64,000 nucleotides of DNA from Gnetum montanum (Eukaryota > Plantae > Gnetophyta), in contig MNCI01000627.1 of assembly GCA_015680685.1 (NCBI GenBank), positions 386,535 to 450,534 on the forward strand, written 5' to 3'. A program made the translations under genes and the position numbers. Under the pieces are notes generated by a model. It had not been told where the DNA came from and made no database searches. It worked only from the letters and a program-made list of their open reading frames with translations. Numbering within the stretch: position 1 is the first letter of the stretch; each line of letters opens with the position of its first letter. Shown here in pieces: positions 1 through 14,838 of the stretch.

Positions 1-3000
1 TCTGGATGTAGTCATAAGGAAAAAAACCATGGGGATAAAGGTAGGCAAAGTGGAATTCATAAATGAAATAGCCAGGAAAGGGGACGAGGGCACTCTAGAG
101 AGTCATGACATAGAAGAAGGGAGAGTAGGGAACAACATAGGCATCATAGATGCCATGGACGAGACAATCACGATGAACCCCTACTCACTACTTGAAGTAT
201 GTTGGACATAACTGAGGCTGTTAGAATTCCAACAAGGCACTAGAAAGATAGTAGGATCAAGAGATTAGATATGAAAAATATCCCACGATTTGAAGGGGGA
301 TACAACACTGATCCTTAGAATCACTTACAAGCATTCCATGATACGTGTGCCTTACAAAATATAGGGAACGAATGGCAAAAACTTAAGTTGTTTCCATAGA
401 CATTAGTTAAAGAAGTAGAAAGCTAGTACTAGTCTTTAGAACTAGAATCCATTCATAGGTGGAGTACTATGTTGGAACTATTTAATGACAAGTACCAAAC
501 ATACTCCTGAGTGTCTAACTTACGAAAGCAAATCCAAGGCTGGAAACAAGGAGGACATGAACCTTTGGATGCTACCATGGGCCGATATTATGCACTGTTA
601 CACCATTGTCCTAGCTATGGTTATTTGCAAAGGGATCAACTACACCATCTCGTGAATGGGCTTAGGCATAAAACGAGAAAAACCCTTGGGACTTATGCGC
701 AAGGAAGACTATCTGAGCTTAGGTTCCATCACATTCAAAGACTATTGGAGCAAGTTGCTAAGGAAGAAGGTGAGCTATAGAAGAGAGAATTATAGAAGAG
801 TATAATCGAGATCCTTCCCTCTAGAAGAGGGGAGTAAGATTTTGTGAGGATGAAGAAGAGTCACCACTCGAAGAGATGGTGAATAGGAAAACTTTGCCTA
901 TCCAAAAGTTGACATCAAAAGTATTGACAAAGGTAGACCAAATGTGGAATTCCCTAGAAAATAGATTTCAATCTATTCTTAAAATAGTAGAGGAGTCTAG
1001 AGAGCAAGGTAGTGATCGTGAAAAAAGAAAAAAGAGAGAAGCTGAACATGCACGTAGCAAGGGTAAGGGCAAAGTTTCCATCATTGAAGAGGTTGTGGAG
1101 TCAGAAAAAAATAATCATAGTGGATGTAAAATATGTTAATATGACCATCCTAAGGGATGTTGCCCTATAATCTCACATCTGCAAGAGTTTGGGGTGTATG
1201 CACTCAACCCACAATTGAAAAAATGGCAAGCACCCTGAAGGTTACCTTACCCCCAAGGTAACCTAAGATAGTTCCACCAACCCTTAACGTATTACTTAAG
1301 TGGAATTCCACCATAACCGATTGAGCAATATCAGTAGTGGTAGCACCCACAATCATGGGGAATGCCACCACCAAGGCAACAGTATTCTTACCGGTAACTT
1401 GACTTGTATGGATATTATGTGCAGTAGCCAATCTCCCCACGTGACTCTACTGGTCACATCACTCCTCAACTTACTACCAAGCTTGTGAGTATTATGGGAA
1501 TCCCTCTTCTAGGGGCGATATTTCGCAAGCATATCATCCTTCTCATTCAATCACATCTTTTTCACTAATATCTTCACTACCACCTGCTCCAGCTATGCAA
1601 GGTGAAATCCCTACCCAGCTGCAACAACGTAATGCCATAAGGGTTGTTAGCTCTCAACCTACTATTGGTTCCAACAACCACATGAAGAAAAGACCTTTCT
1701 TTAGAACCAATAGTGCAACCAAGCCCTTGCAATCACAAGCGGCTGATTCCTTAGATGTCTCAGTATCAATCAAAACTTCATAGCCTCCTTCAACTCAACC
1801 ACCGCACTCAACGCATATGGTCATGCTAACACATGTCGTCACCGATTGGAAGAAAGCTGGCCACCTTCCTAGGAAATTCTCTAATCTTGGGAGTCCTCTG
1901 ATGTACATACAAATTACTGAAAATGTGTCATTCAAGGCTTTTTTGGATTTAAGTTCCAATGTCAACTTGATTTCTCAAAAAATGTATAAGCCCAAAACCT
2001 ACCTCCATTGAAAAAGAGCAACATCCATCTAGATTTGGCTTACCAGTCCATCACTGTCCCATTGGGACTGGTGGAAGACATTGTTACCACTATTTGTGGG
2101 TGGTCATACCCAGTTGACTTCCTAGTGATTCAGGTAAACAATGGTAAGGGGAACTTCCCAATCATAATGGGAAGAGCATGGCTATGCACCATCGATGCAT
2201 GCCTAGGAATCCATGATCTTTCCCTAGAAATATCAAAGGAAAATACATTCAGAAAGATCAAGAAGAAGAAAGTTCTGTGCATTACATACAGTGACACTTG
2301 CATGCAAAAGTCATGGTTTGTGCAAATTTTAGCATTTTTTGCATGCAATCACTGTGCACAAGTGATTAACATAAAAAGATGCATGTATGCAGTAGACACA
2401 TGATAGGAAGACACCCAGTGGCTGATAGTTGATCAAGAAAGTAGTTCACTCATATGCATAGAACCAATTGAGGGTTTAACTTGTGCTTGCATCGATAGCA
2501 TAGATGCATTAGAGCAAGCCCATCACCAACTTCCAAGTCTTAACCTTGAAAATGTTAACTAGGAAAAGTTGGAAATCCCTAAGAAATTTAAGCAGGAGCC
2601 CCTTAAGCTGAAACCATTGCCCACCAGTATGGAATACACGTTTCTTAAAAATGGAAAACTAGTAATTATCAGCACTAAGCTTGCTCCTCAATAGAAAGAA
2701 GAATTGTTGAAGGTAATTAATAGATGGTCAAAAGCCTTTGCTTGGTCATATCCCAAATTAACTAGAATAGATCCTAGGATATGCCAACATAGGATTTACA
2801 CTGACCCCTCCATGAAGCCTCGAAGACAATTGTAGAGGCGATTGAACCCTAAGCTAAAGCAAGTAGTTAAGGAAGAAATCGAACAGCTTCTCAAGGTTGG
2901 GTTCATATACCCCATTGCTAATTGCGAATGGGTTAGCCCCTTAGTTATTTTGCCTAAAAAGGGAGGCAAATGAAGGGTGTGCATAGATTTTAGGCTACTG

Positions 3001-5330
3001 AATATGGTAACATTCAAAGATCACTTTTCATTGCCATTTGTTGACCAAATCTTAAACACCATCGCAGGGCATTGCTACTACAGTTTTCTAGATGGATATA
3101 GTGGATATAATCAAATACAAATAGCCCTAGAAGACCAAGCCAAGACTACGTTCACCAGTCCTTGGGGAACATTTTCATACAAACAGATGTCGTTTGGCTT
3201 GTGCAATGCCCCTACAACATTTCAACGACTAGTTCTAAGCATCTTCCAAGAAAAAATAGGAAATGCTGTAGAAGTTTTTATGGATGATTTCTCCACCTAT
3301 GGAGCAAACTTTGATCAATCCTTGGACCAGTTAGAGTAAGTGTTAAAAAAATGCGTAGAAACCAATTTGAGGCTCAACTGGTAGAAAAGCCATTTGATGG
3401 TCCAAGAGGACGTAGTACTAGAGCACAAAATCTCACACATAGGGATAGAGGTAGACCCTGAGAAAATCAAATTTATCCAAGGAATTACCCATCAATCAAA
3501 AATTGTCAAAGATATTCGGTCATTCCTTGGACATACTAGCTACTATAGGAGATTTATTGAGAACTTTTNACTAGTCCAAACCATTCCATATCATGACTGA
3601 TGCATCCAACTATGCCTTAGGAGCCATACTTACATAGTTAGATGACCAGAAGCATCCGTATTACATCCACTATGCAAGTAGAAGTATCGCTAGTGTACAA
3701 CTTAACTACACTACAATAGAGAAAGAGTTAATGGTTGTAGTGTTTGCACTAAAAAATTTTAGACACTATGTATTGGGATATAAAGTATATATACATACAG
3801 ATCATAGTGCAATAATGGTCCTCATGAATAAGCCAATGGTAACCCCTTGTATCATACGATGGCTTGTAATCTTACAAGAGTTTAATCTTATGATGATTGA
3901 TTGAAAAGGCACTGAGAACGTAGTTGCTAATCATTTATCTCGGTTGCAATGAGACAACAAAGAGGATAGGTATCTAATTTTTGATTATTTTCCTGATGAA
4001 TTCCTCTTTGCTAGTGTAGTGAATAATCAATCACCCACCGAGATAAATTGGTATAGTAGCATTCTTACCTATCTCCTCACCCAATAAATACCACAAGAGT
4101 TAAACCTTAAGAAGAAGAAACAGTTTCTTCACCGAGCCAAGTACTTTATGGAAATCAATGGACAACTTTACAAAGTGTGTCCTGATGGCTTGGTTCAATG
4201 GTGTGTTCTCAATATAGATCAACTGCGAGTTCTTCAAGATGCTCATGAGGGTCCTTGTGGCGGTCATTACGTTGGGAGATGAATGGCCATCAAGATCTTG
4301 CTTGCAGGATGTTATTGGCCTACATTGTTTCAGGATGCCCATCAATTCATCCAATCTTGTGAGCGCTGTCAACGTGATGGGGGAATGATTGCTAGAATGG
4401 AGGGTCCACAATAATGAATCCAACTATTAGAACCCTTCGACATATGGGGAATTAATTTTATGGGGCCAATTACACCAATGTCCAATGGAAAAGCCTATAT
4501 CATTGTTGCTGTTGATTACCTAACTAAATGGGCAGAAGGAGCTGCTATTAAAGATTGTACATCATCTACAACTACACGATTTGTTCAACAACAAATCATA
4601 AACAGGTTTGGTGTGTCATTTGCACTTATTTTAGACAATGGTACATACTTCACAAATGCAACTTTTCAGAAATTAATGCAATGCTTAGGGGTTGAGCATA
4701 AATCAACTACACCATACCACCCCAAAGTGAACGGTCAAGTAGAAGTCACCAACAAGGAGATTACAAAGATGTTGACAAGAACTGTTAGCAAGTTTAGGCA
4801 AGACTGGAGCATTAAACTGAACGATGCTCTTTGGGCATACTGCTCCACATGAAAACTCCCTATAGGCTACTCTCCCTATGAGTTAGTGTAAGGTAAATTA
4901 CCAACGCTTCCCATTCAAACTAAGCTCCATATACTATCCATGGCATGTGACCTCAACCTTGACCTTGATCTAGCACAAAAACAATGGCTAGTAACCCTTA
5001 ACTTGCTAGATGAAAACGGACTAGCTGCCCTATCATTTAATGAGTTGCACAAGGCATTCAATAAACAATGTCATGTCCTAAGGATTAGGAAAGTTAAATA
5101 TTGACTGGAAGATAAGGTTCTCTACTAGAATCCCACACATGTGCCACAACGTACTAAATTTCAAACACTGTGGGAAGGACCTTATATTATTTATGCAACT
5201 TTTCCTTTAGGGGCCATGACAATATACAAACCTGAGAGCCCAGATAAGAAGCTGTTGGTCAACGTATAACAAACCAAACCTTTCCATGAGCTTAGGACGG
5301 CTAGTACACATGCTACCTCTATTGATGGAC
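1..5330 (+). mobile_element. Degenerate Athila-like Ty3/gypsy internal region (gag-PR-RT-RH-INT); 5' end outside the window
   Basis: Gag (NHLQAFHDTC...KLKLFP, ~270-1140), CCHC-like knuckle CKIC..DH....C (~1125-1165), protease FLDLSSNVNL (~1940), RT MCIDFRLLN...FMDDF (2977-3339), RNase H (~3590-3950), integrase DYLTKWAE...DNGTYF...NGQVE (4460-4852) and WEGPY (~5170). Many stops and frameshifts. Confidence 0.93.
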
Positions 5331-5370
5331 AACCTTGCTCACTATTTCAGATCTCCTCCTTCCAACTTAG

Positions 5371-5384
5371 TCATGGGGGAGATG
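5371..5384 (+). promoter_or_regulatory. Post-pol polypurine tract TCATGGGGGAGATG
   Basis: A near-identical motif follows the ORF in the two minus-strand relatives (13408-13422, 21171-21185). An internal PPT after pol is typical of Athila-like elements. Confidence 0.6.
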
Positions 5385-7107
5385 GCCACCTATGCTAATC
5401 ATTTTAGGCCTTCAGTTCTTTTTGAATTTTTTTTTACACATTTTTCCAACTTTTCTTATTTTTTTTACACCATCGTTCATGTTTTTACTATTTCTTTATT
5501 TGATTTACTTTTATTCGTCATCCAATAAGTGCTCATGATGGTGGATTGCATTATATCATATTGATTGTTAATGTTTCATTTTTACCTTTGAATTAAGATG
5601 CTAATATTAAGGTATGGTTCTTTTGGTAAAATAGGCAATGTGTTTATGCCGTCCACTCATCCATACAACTCTATGGTCTCCTTTGTCTTGGAACTGTACA
5701 GGCCCCTTTTTCTAAGTAAATTTATTAATGAATTGGTGGCTAGGTACTTTTCAAACCAAGGAAAGACTCAAAGGATGAAACAGATGTGACTTCAAGGGGA
5801 TTTGATGCATTTGTGTTGGCCATTCTCTTGGGTGCTTAGATGCTTATTTCTTGGGTTTTCCATCATTCTGACATTGTTCAAAAATCAGTAAGTTGAGTGA
5901 ATAAAAATAAGTCTTTGCATGGTGTGGTTCTCATGCAAAATAGAGAGAGAGAGAAAAAAAAAGAAAGGAGAAAAGTGAGAATTCAAAGCACACCCCTTAG
6001 ACATAATAAACCAATATGGGCTACAAGCATTGGTTATGAAACTGAAAAGACATGTTACCCATGCCTGAAGGTTCCCTCTAAGTAAGGCCCTTTCTCACTT
6101 CCTGCTTCTTCATCTCGCTCTCCTCGAGATGGTGGTCACTCTTTGTGAAGGCATTCTTGTTGCTTCAAGAGAATGGATTGGCCAGGTGTATTGATGCGAG
6201 GTCACTGAATGTGGTTGGTTTGAGTCTGGATTTGGGATGAAGTTCTACTTAGTCATCTTAACCATGAAATGCACAAGGGGCTTTACACAACCTTGTTCTT
6301 GGGATTCCATTCTATTCTCTCCTCTCAATCTTTCTTCCCATTTTCCACCTCATTGCCAATTTTATCATTAGTCTATTCTAGGTTGATGCATTGTTTTTCT
6401 TTGGTGAATTATTGTGGGTAAGGTTTTAACTCTTCCTTCCAAATGACATTCCTAGAGCCTACAGACTCTTTGGTTTGTTGGTTTGTCAGGGCATAAAAGG
6501 CATGAGCCTACTTTGGGGAGGACCCACTAGCATTCCTTTATGGTGCAATTGTTAACTTCTTTTCCTTAAACATTTCCTGTAATAAATCATCTCTTGTTTC
6601 ATCCCCATCCATGAAATCCATTTTATTGGTGTTGCCATTGTTATTTTTTTTCTATCTTTCTTGTTCCTCATATTCTTCCATCTTATAGCTACTAGAGGTT
6701 TGCTCTTAGTTGTGGGGGCCCTAACAAAAATTTTTCAATTTTCTTCATTTTACTATTCACCTAACCCCTACACATTGGGTAGTCACCTGTGATAAATCTC
6801 TAAACCAGTTTCTGCCATAACCACAACTCAACCAATGTGCTTCATATCAAGGCAAGGTATCAACTGCATTGTGGATTATTTATCCTTGCTCATTTGTGAC
6901 TGTGTTGTGTGTGCAAATGAAAATCATACAAACAATGGACTAGGCTTGGAGGAAGCACTCAGGATGGACCAGAACTAGAGCATTTATGAAAGGAGAAAGT
7001 CTGGTGGCGTGGCTATGGATAAANNNNNNNNNNNNNNNNNNNNNNNNNNNNNNNNNNNNNNNNNNNNNNNNNNNNNNNNNNNNNNNNNNNNNNNNNNNNN
7101 NNNNNNN

Positions 7108-7968
7108 TAGTTATTCTAATTATTAGAGTGGTTACTCTAGTGATTGCTTTAGCAGTTATTCTAATTATTAGAGTGGTTACTCTAATTATTAGAGTAGTTT
7201 CTCCCAAGCCTATAAATATAGTGCCCAGGCACACAATTGAAAAAGTCTTTTCAACAGTCAAGTAGCAAAACTCTTGTAGTCTATTTGAAAGTTAGAGTAT
7301 TTTCCAAGTCCCGTAGCAGGAGGTCTAAGTGTGGACAAATCTTTATTCAAGCATTATGTACCTAAGCACACCTTGTGTACGACAATAAAGATGAGGTCTT
7401 TGATTCATCCTTGCAGCACTTGAGATTTTTTTTCTTATGCATTTATTTTATTTTATTTTCTTATGCATTTATTTTATTTTATGCACTTTAAATTTCTATT
7501 ATTAGCACAACAAGTCATTTTGATTAATTAAGCAAATCGTTAAATTACACAAGCACGACCACTTCGAGCATGCGTGTAATGCTTGGTAACCTAGTAATGA
7601 TTAGCATTTGGTAATCCTAGCAGTGTTGCACTAGTTTAGGATGTGTACGGCAAGTGGGAATGGATGCTTGTGTTAGGATCAGTTAGAACTTAGTTAATTA
7701 GTAGTTAAGTTAAATTAGTCACCTAGTTATCTCTCTCTTTCCCTATTAGCATAGGACGTAAAAACATAAAAGATATAAAAATCATATGCCTCAAGCTTAC
7801 TTAACCATACAATCATGACATATAAGTAAGTTTGGGAAGACAACGATTAATCAACCTGTCCTTGTTCCACAAAGGCGCATAAGCACTTAGTCCTTAGAAT
7901 TTGACCAGATCGTGCATGAAATGCTCGTATTCGTATGGTTGAGTGTAGGGGTACCTCACTTCTCATCA
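7108..7968 (+). mobile_element. Athila-like LTR, 5' end hidden by the N gap (3' LTR of the first element or a solo LTR)
   Basis: Motif array 7108-7200, TATAAATA at 7211, ends GGGGTACCTCACTTCTCATCA with no PBS after it. Highly similar in reverse complement to 26588-27179. Confidence 0.85.
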
Positions 7969-9900
7969 AGCATTATTGTAGAAAAATTCAACATGACACA
8001 ACAATTTCTTCACTCTTTGTGCTATACACAAATATCTTAAAATATTCAATAAATTTTTATTAGCAATATCAATTTGGCCATCAAACTATGGGTGATATGC
8101 ATTAGAAAAAATCCACTTTGTCCCTAAAATCATTCAAAGGGACCACCAAGAATGAATATTGTACCTATAGTCTCTATCACTAACAATATTTAAAGTAATC
8201 CTATGAAATCTCACAACATGCTAGAAAAGCCAATTTGCAATATGAGATACATCACTCAACCTTTTGCATGGAATTAAGTGTGCCATTTTGAAGAATTTGT
8301 CTACAAGTACAAAGACAACATCATGTCCACTTTTGGTCTACAAAATCCCACTCCCAAGTTCATTGACACACTTTCCCAAGAACCTTGGAAATTGGCAAAG
8401 ACATATAATATCCCTCAACACCTTTACCTCCCTTGAGTTTCTAACATGTCAAACACTCCTTTACAAATTTGAAAACTTTAAAGGCAATTCCAAGCTAAAA
8501 GTAGTTCCTACCCACAAGCTCCAATGTCATATCTCTACCCATGTGAGCTACCATACCACCATAATGTTTTTCAACCAAAATCTTTTTCACTAAAATTGTA
8601 ATTGAAAACAAAAACCTTCTCATTATTGAATAACATTTTATATTGGATATGATAGTCCCTCCATTGGTCTATCCTACTCAAAATAGGCTCTTTGAGTCTT
8701 CTCTAAACTTGCTCAAAATCTAAATCATGTGCATACAAATTAGCAAAATCATTCATACCTTCCACATGAGGCATACTAAAATTCACCACATGTACCCTAG
8801 ATAAAGCATCAACCACCATATTAACCCTTACACTCTTATTTTTAAGCACAAAATTGAAATTTTATAATTGTGCAACCCACTTCATGTGTTTAACTCTTAA
8901 CTTCTTTTGTGAATTAACAAATTGAAGTGCTTTGTGGTCAGTTATCCAAGTGAAATTATTGGTCAACAAATAATGCCTCCAATGTTTGATTGCTTGAAAA
9001 ATAACATACAACTCCCTTCTCATACATGTTATATTTCTACACTTATTCAAATTTTGTGAAAAGAAAGCAACTTGTCTTCCTTCTTGTTAAAGCACCCCAA
9101 TAATGGTAACTCCACTTGCATTCATTGCCACCTAAAATTTTTTTTGGAAATTTGGTATTGCAAGCACTAGTTCACTAGTGATTTTTTCCTTCGACAGGTT
9201 AAAGCTTCTTTGGGTCTCATCACCCCCCTTGAAAACTTGATTCTTCTTAAGAAAAGCAAGCATAAGTCAAGAAATACTCATGAAATTTTTTATGAAACTT
9301 TTGTAAAAACCTACTAAATCAAGAAATGATCTTATCTTCTCAACATTTTTAGGAGTTAGCTAATCTCTAATAATCTTCACTTTGGTAGTTTACATTTGAG
9401 TTTCATTCTTAGAAATCACATGTCCCAAGTATGTGATTTCTCTCTTGAAGAAATGAATCTTCTTTACATTGATCACCAAATGTACCACCTCAAACTTAAG
9501 ATACATTCTTCTCAAGTGATCCAAGTGCTCCTCCTCATTAGAGTTATATACCAAAATATCAAAAAAGATAATACAATGCTTACTAATCAAAATCGTAAGG
9601 ACATCATGCATCAACCTCATGAATATGGAAAGAAAATTTGATCCCAAATAGCATTACCAATCCCTCAAACAATCCATCCCATGTCTTGAAAGTTGTCTTC
9701 CACTCTTCACCAGGCCTAATCCAATTTTGATAGTAGTGACTCTTTAGTTTTTGTTTTTTGTTTTTTTTTGTTTTTTTTTTTGCAAAAAACCACTACATTA
9801 ATGATCACATCAAGAATGTCATCCATCCTTGGAATAGGAAACCTATACCTTACTATTACCTTGTTTACAGCCCTTGAATTAATGCGCATTCTCCAATCTT
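7969..9900 (-). mobile_element. Degenerate chromovirus (CRM-like) Ty3/gypsy pol fragment RT-RH-INT
   Basis: Minus-strand ALNKVIVRYRFPIPRMDDILD and [13 protein letters not shown] (RT), ELYVIFQAIKHWRHYL..TDHKAL (RH, 8862-9050) and integrase remnants ~8000-8600. Confidence 0.85.
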
Positions 9901-11539
9901 ATCAATATGAAGATGTGGCCCTTGAGGCATCCTTATCAATTCATTACAACCTTGTCACAATGAAAGATGATGTCATTTTTGAATAGCATGTGTTAAAATA
10001 AGAAATATTTGTAAAGAAACCCCACACTTATCAGATCCCAAAAATTGTGTTGACAACTAAAAACAAACCTTTTAAAATCCAAAGTGATTGAAAATTAGGA
10101 TTTTATTTATTATCAAGTATTTGACAATATATGAGACTTAAGGCTTATTAGTTGATTTACATAATCGGAGACTTAGGGTTCCTCAATGTTTGGATAGTTT
10201 AGTACATGATTCATATATTTCCCCACCACCCTAGGATTTAGTTAATTATATTTATTTGTTTACTGACATCTTCTATTTGAGATTGAATTAATTGACAATT
10301 TGATTATCAACTCAACTTTATTTAGTTAGTTTCGATGAAGCTAGCATAGATGGAGTTGGTTAGTTATTTTAAAGAAACCCTTAGGCATGTTGTAATCCTC
10401 ACCTATCTACAATACTAAAGTTCATGTCACATTGGCCTTTAAACAAAATGACATAGAGGGGTCATATAGAAGACTTTAGGCTCCTCACTCTTGTGCACAA
10501 CAAAATCAAGATGGTATTTTAGCTAAACTTGATACCAAATTTTAGAAACAATAAATAAGTCTTACATGCACTTTTTGTTTCATTTTCAATTTAGATAAAA
10601 TCCATTTGTGCATAAACAATACACATCTCAACTTAGTCATTTTGTAAACAAAGAATGGATGCTCGCTTCTACAAATTTAGGGTTTGCGTGATGGTGGAAT
10701 TTTTTTTGAATATCTTAGTCATTCGATATTAATTATTTAATGTTTGATTTATTAAAATTTGATGTTTTTTTATTTGGTTGCTTTGTACTAACTCTTTTGA
10801 TGCACTAACCCCATGCATGGTTGTACAACTACTTGATGTTTGATTTCAAATCTCTAAAGGGAGTATTTGTAGTTTATTTTCCTTAATTAGTATATAAACT
10901 AACTTTACCCTTTGTGTTAACAAGAGGAGTAGATAGAGAAGCTAGAGTTAGATTAGCATTGAGATATTTAGCATTTTATTTAAGTTTTCCATTTGATGTA
11001 TTGCTATGAGGCTGTAATGTTTAATTGATGTTTGTACTTTGTAATTTGTACACCCTTTAGTTGATAGTGTGAACTTTGTACTTGTCTATTGTTAGTATAG
11101 ACCTAACTTTGATTTATTGTTTATTTAAGCTAACAATGTTATTTTATATTTATGCTTACATCATATTTTGAAATGTTACAAACCCAATGGGTTGATTATT
11201 TTTGAATACTTACTATTCTAATATTACATATTTATCTAGATATTTTGTATTTTGGCTTCAGCATTAAGGGCTTGGAACTATTATTAGTAAACATGTTAGG
11301 TTATGTACACAAAGGATCATTGGTATTACTTTCTTAATATTTAAATTCACGCTTTTACAAGTTTTGCTTTTAATTCATTTTATATTTTGTGCCTCTTTGC
11401 TCCTATTTCATTTTAATGTATATTACTTTACCTATGAATTTTTGTTAGCCTTCTTTGATTTTTGTTATGTTGTGTTTTATTTTTTCTATAATATCTTATT
11501 AGCCTAAGCGTAGATTAATCAAGTGTATCAAAGACCTAG

Positions 11540-11790
11540 CCTCCACACAACACATCTAGAAAGCATTGTAGTTTGTACAATTGTTTGAAAAAGATGTTTT
11601 CTAATTATCCAAGTCTAAATATTGTGATTCCTACATTTGTTCTTCATTGTATCAAAAGTCTTTCATCATCCATTTGCAATTCATTTTGATATACAATGCT
11701 CCCACTTATAATTTTAAGAGCATTATACTCCCAAATATTTGTAAGTATCCACAATCTTAAGTCTTTTAGTAGTATCTTAATTTTCTTAAT
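11540..11790 (-). mobile_element. LINE reverse-transcriptase C-terminal fragment
   Basis: Minus translation KIVDTYKYLGV..NYKWEHCI..KNKCRNHNI..KHLFQTIVQ. Homologous to 61250-61430. Confidence 0.7.
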
Positions 11791-14463
11791 TATTTAATTA
11801 ATATCTGAAGTTATGGGCTCTGGAAGAATTTTAGCTCTAAAAAATGACAAAAAATTCTCTCTTTTTGTGAAGCAAATGATAAAAATTCCAAAGTGTTTAG
11901 TGATATTTATAGATTTTTTGTGTTGCATCAATGAGGCCTTGTTGATGGGGTTAGCTACGTCGACTAGGCCTAGTCGACGCAGCTGTTGACCACCATTGAT
12001 GTTGGGAAACTTTGAAAATACGAGTTTTTGAGTGAAATGGGTGTCAGAAGGAAGCCCAAAAAAACACAAACATAATGAAAATAGAAGAAGAGGATGTTGA
12101 AGTTTAGAAAATTCAAAAAATTGAGAAAATGGTTGGAGAATAGAATTTTATGAAATTTTAAGAAGCACAGAGTTGGATGCACAATGGGACACACAAAAGA
12201 TATGATTGTAGCAATGTCTAAGGTAAAGAGCTTAACCATCCAAACCAAGAGATATGCAAGTGGGTCCTCCTTGTACCAAGCACATGTCCTTTTTACCCTT
12301 GCATAACCTTAACTTCAATTAATGATTATGAACAGTTAAGAACCAACCTAGAAGAATCTATCCAAGAATTTCAACATGTCATACTAAGACATGAATGGAT
12401 GACTGAGAAGGTGGGATGGAATGCCAAATTGAGGTCATAAGAAGTCCCTTGTGGAGTTTGTGTTTAAAATGACCTGAGAAGGTCCATCCTTAATCCAAAT
12501 CAAACCAACCACTTCCAGTGACTTCACATCATCACTCCAAGACTAATCCACCCCCTCAAGACATAAGAGTGCTCCCACCAAATGACCATCGTTCCATAAA
12601 GAGAAGATAAGAGAAGCAAGAAGTGAGAGATGGCCTTAGTTAGAGGAGACCTTCAGGCATAAGTAACATGTCTTTCTAGTCCCATAACTAGTGCTTGTAG
12701 CCCATTTATTTGTTTAAGGTGTGTGCTTTGAATTTCCATCATGTTTTTTTGTTCATTTTGGATGGGAACCACAACATGCAAAGACATTATTTAACTTCCT
12801 ATTATTTTTTGATATGAAATGGTATGAAGTCAATGAAAACACTCAAACACCCAAGTAATTAGAAAAGTACAAAGAGTATTGAGTCCCCTTGAAGTCACAC
12901 CCTATACAAACCTTTGAATCTTTCCCAATTTTGAACACTACCAAGGTTACAAATTTATTAAAATTTTATTTAATGAAAGGAACCTCAAACTTCCAAAATA
13001 AGGAAAACCATAGAGTTTTTGGATGGGTGGATGATGTGGCCTCATTTCTTGTTCCATAAAAATAAACTATCTTAGTCATTAGACATCAGAATTCAAAAAT
13101 AGAAACCAAACATCAGCAATCAAAACATTAAGGACAACCCACCATTAGTAAACATCAACATTAGCATTACATCTTGTAGTAATGAAGCACTTTTATTAGC
13201 AAAATTAATGAAAATTCACACAAAAATAAAATAAAATATATAAGAAAGTATAAAATATTCAAGAAGGATAAAACATACTAATGATGTTGTAAAACAAAAA
13301 ATCGAGAAAATCAATAGAATGAAAAACTAAAAAGAGGTAAAAATCAACAAAGTATAAAACAAAAAGTGAAAATTGAGGAGGAGCCATCTATATGATTAGC
13401 ATGGATGGCCATCTCCCCCACAACTGGGTTGAAGGGAAGAGATGCAAAATATAGGTTGTCCATTTGATGAGGTAGTAGTTGTATTGGCTTTTTTTAGTTC
13501 TAAAAAAGGTTTCACTTATTAGGTGTTGGCCAAATGCTTTTAGTTTGAGCTCTCAAGTTTATAGATTAACATGGCCCTAGAGGGAAAGGTGTCGTTAATT
13601 ATATAAGATCCTTACCACAACATTTGGAACTTTGTTTTCTAAAGTACATGTGTGGGGTTCCAGTAGAGAACCTTATCTCTAGGTTGAAATTTTACTTTTT
13701 GTATTCTAAGGTCATGACATTTCTTATTCTATGCATTGTGCACTTCATTCAAAGATAGGGCCACTAATTGGTTTTCATCTAGCACATTCAGGTTGATTAA
13801 TCTTTCTTTTTGTGCTAGCCTCAGGTTAAGGTTCAAGTCATAGGTTGTTGAAAGTGTATAGGGCTCAAATTGGATTGGAAGTGTTGGAAGTTTGCCATAC
13901 ACTAGCTCATAGGGAGAGTAGCCTATAGGGAGTTTTCATGTTAAGCGATAGGCCTAGAAAGCATCATTAAGTTTTGTGCTCCAGTCTCTCCTATATTTGC
14001 TTACAATCTTTATTAGGATCTTTGTGATCTCCCTATTGGTGACTTCTGCTTAACTATTGGCTTGGGGATGATAGGGTGTTGTTAATTTATGTTCAACCCC
14101 AAAGCACTGCATCAACTTCTAAAAGATGGCATCTATAAAATGGGTTTCATTGTTAAAAATTAGTTTACGTTGCACACCAAACCTATTTACAATATGTTGT
14201 TGTACAAATCAAGCAACAGTGGATGATATATAGTCTGTGACGGTTGCTACTTGTACCCATTTGGTGCAGTAGTCGGCTACTACAATGATGTATGTCTTTT
14301 CATTGGACATGGGTGTGATGGGACCCATGAAGTCTAGCCCCCTATGTCAAAGGGCTCTAGTGGTTGAATCCACTGTTAAGATCCTCCATTCGAGCAGTCA
14401 TCCCACCATCTTGTTGACAGTGTTCACAAGACCAGACAAACTGGTGGGCATCCTTAAAGATTA

Positions 14464-14838
14464 TGTGGAATATGATGACTAGATGTTCCATAATAGAAAT
14501 AGATAGATCTCATATATAAATCTATATTAAATAAGATGAGATCCTATTCATGTAATTCTTATCCAATTCCATGTTTAGTTCGTCCTATACTAAGAAGGTC
14601 CTTAAATAAGATGATAAGGATCATCCCCATGATTTTCAAGATTCATGCTTATCTCTATAAATATTTTCTTGGGAGATTAAGGCCTATATAATTATATTAG
14701 CACATGTTTATGTATGAGATAGAAGGAATATAGAAGAGATATAGAAGTAAGACAGGTTAACAAGAGTATGTTTGTTCTAACAAAGTTCTTTATTTCCTTT
14801 AAGTGTAGATCTAGATCTAGGGCCCTTTAGATTCTTCA
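14464..14838 (+). mobile_element. Short solo LTR (probably Ty1/copia) nested in the Athila integrase
   Basis: TG...CA block of 375 bp with CTATAAATA (~14656) interrupts the integrase GYCWPT motif. Flanks GATTA/TATTG look like a decayed 5-bp TSD. Confidence 0.7.

Noticed and set aside
9900-11540. AT-rich, LTR-like block between the chromovirus and LINE fragments
   Set aside because: No termini, TSD or second copy could be identified, so it is left unannotated.
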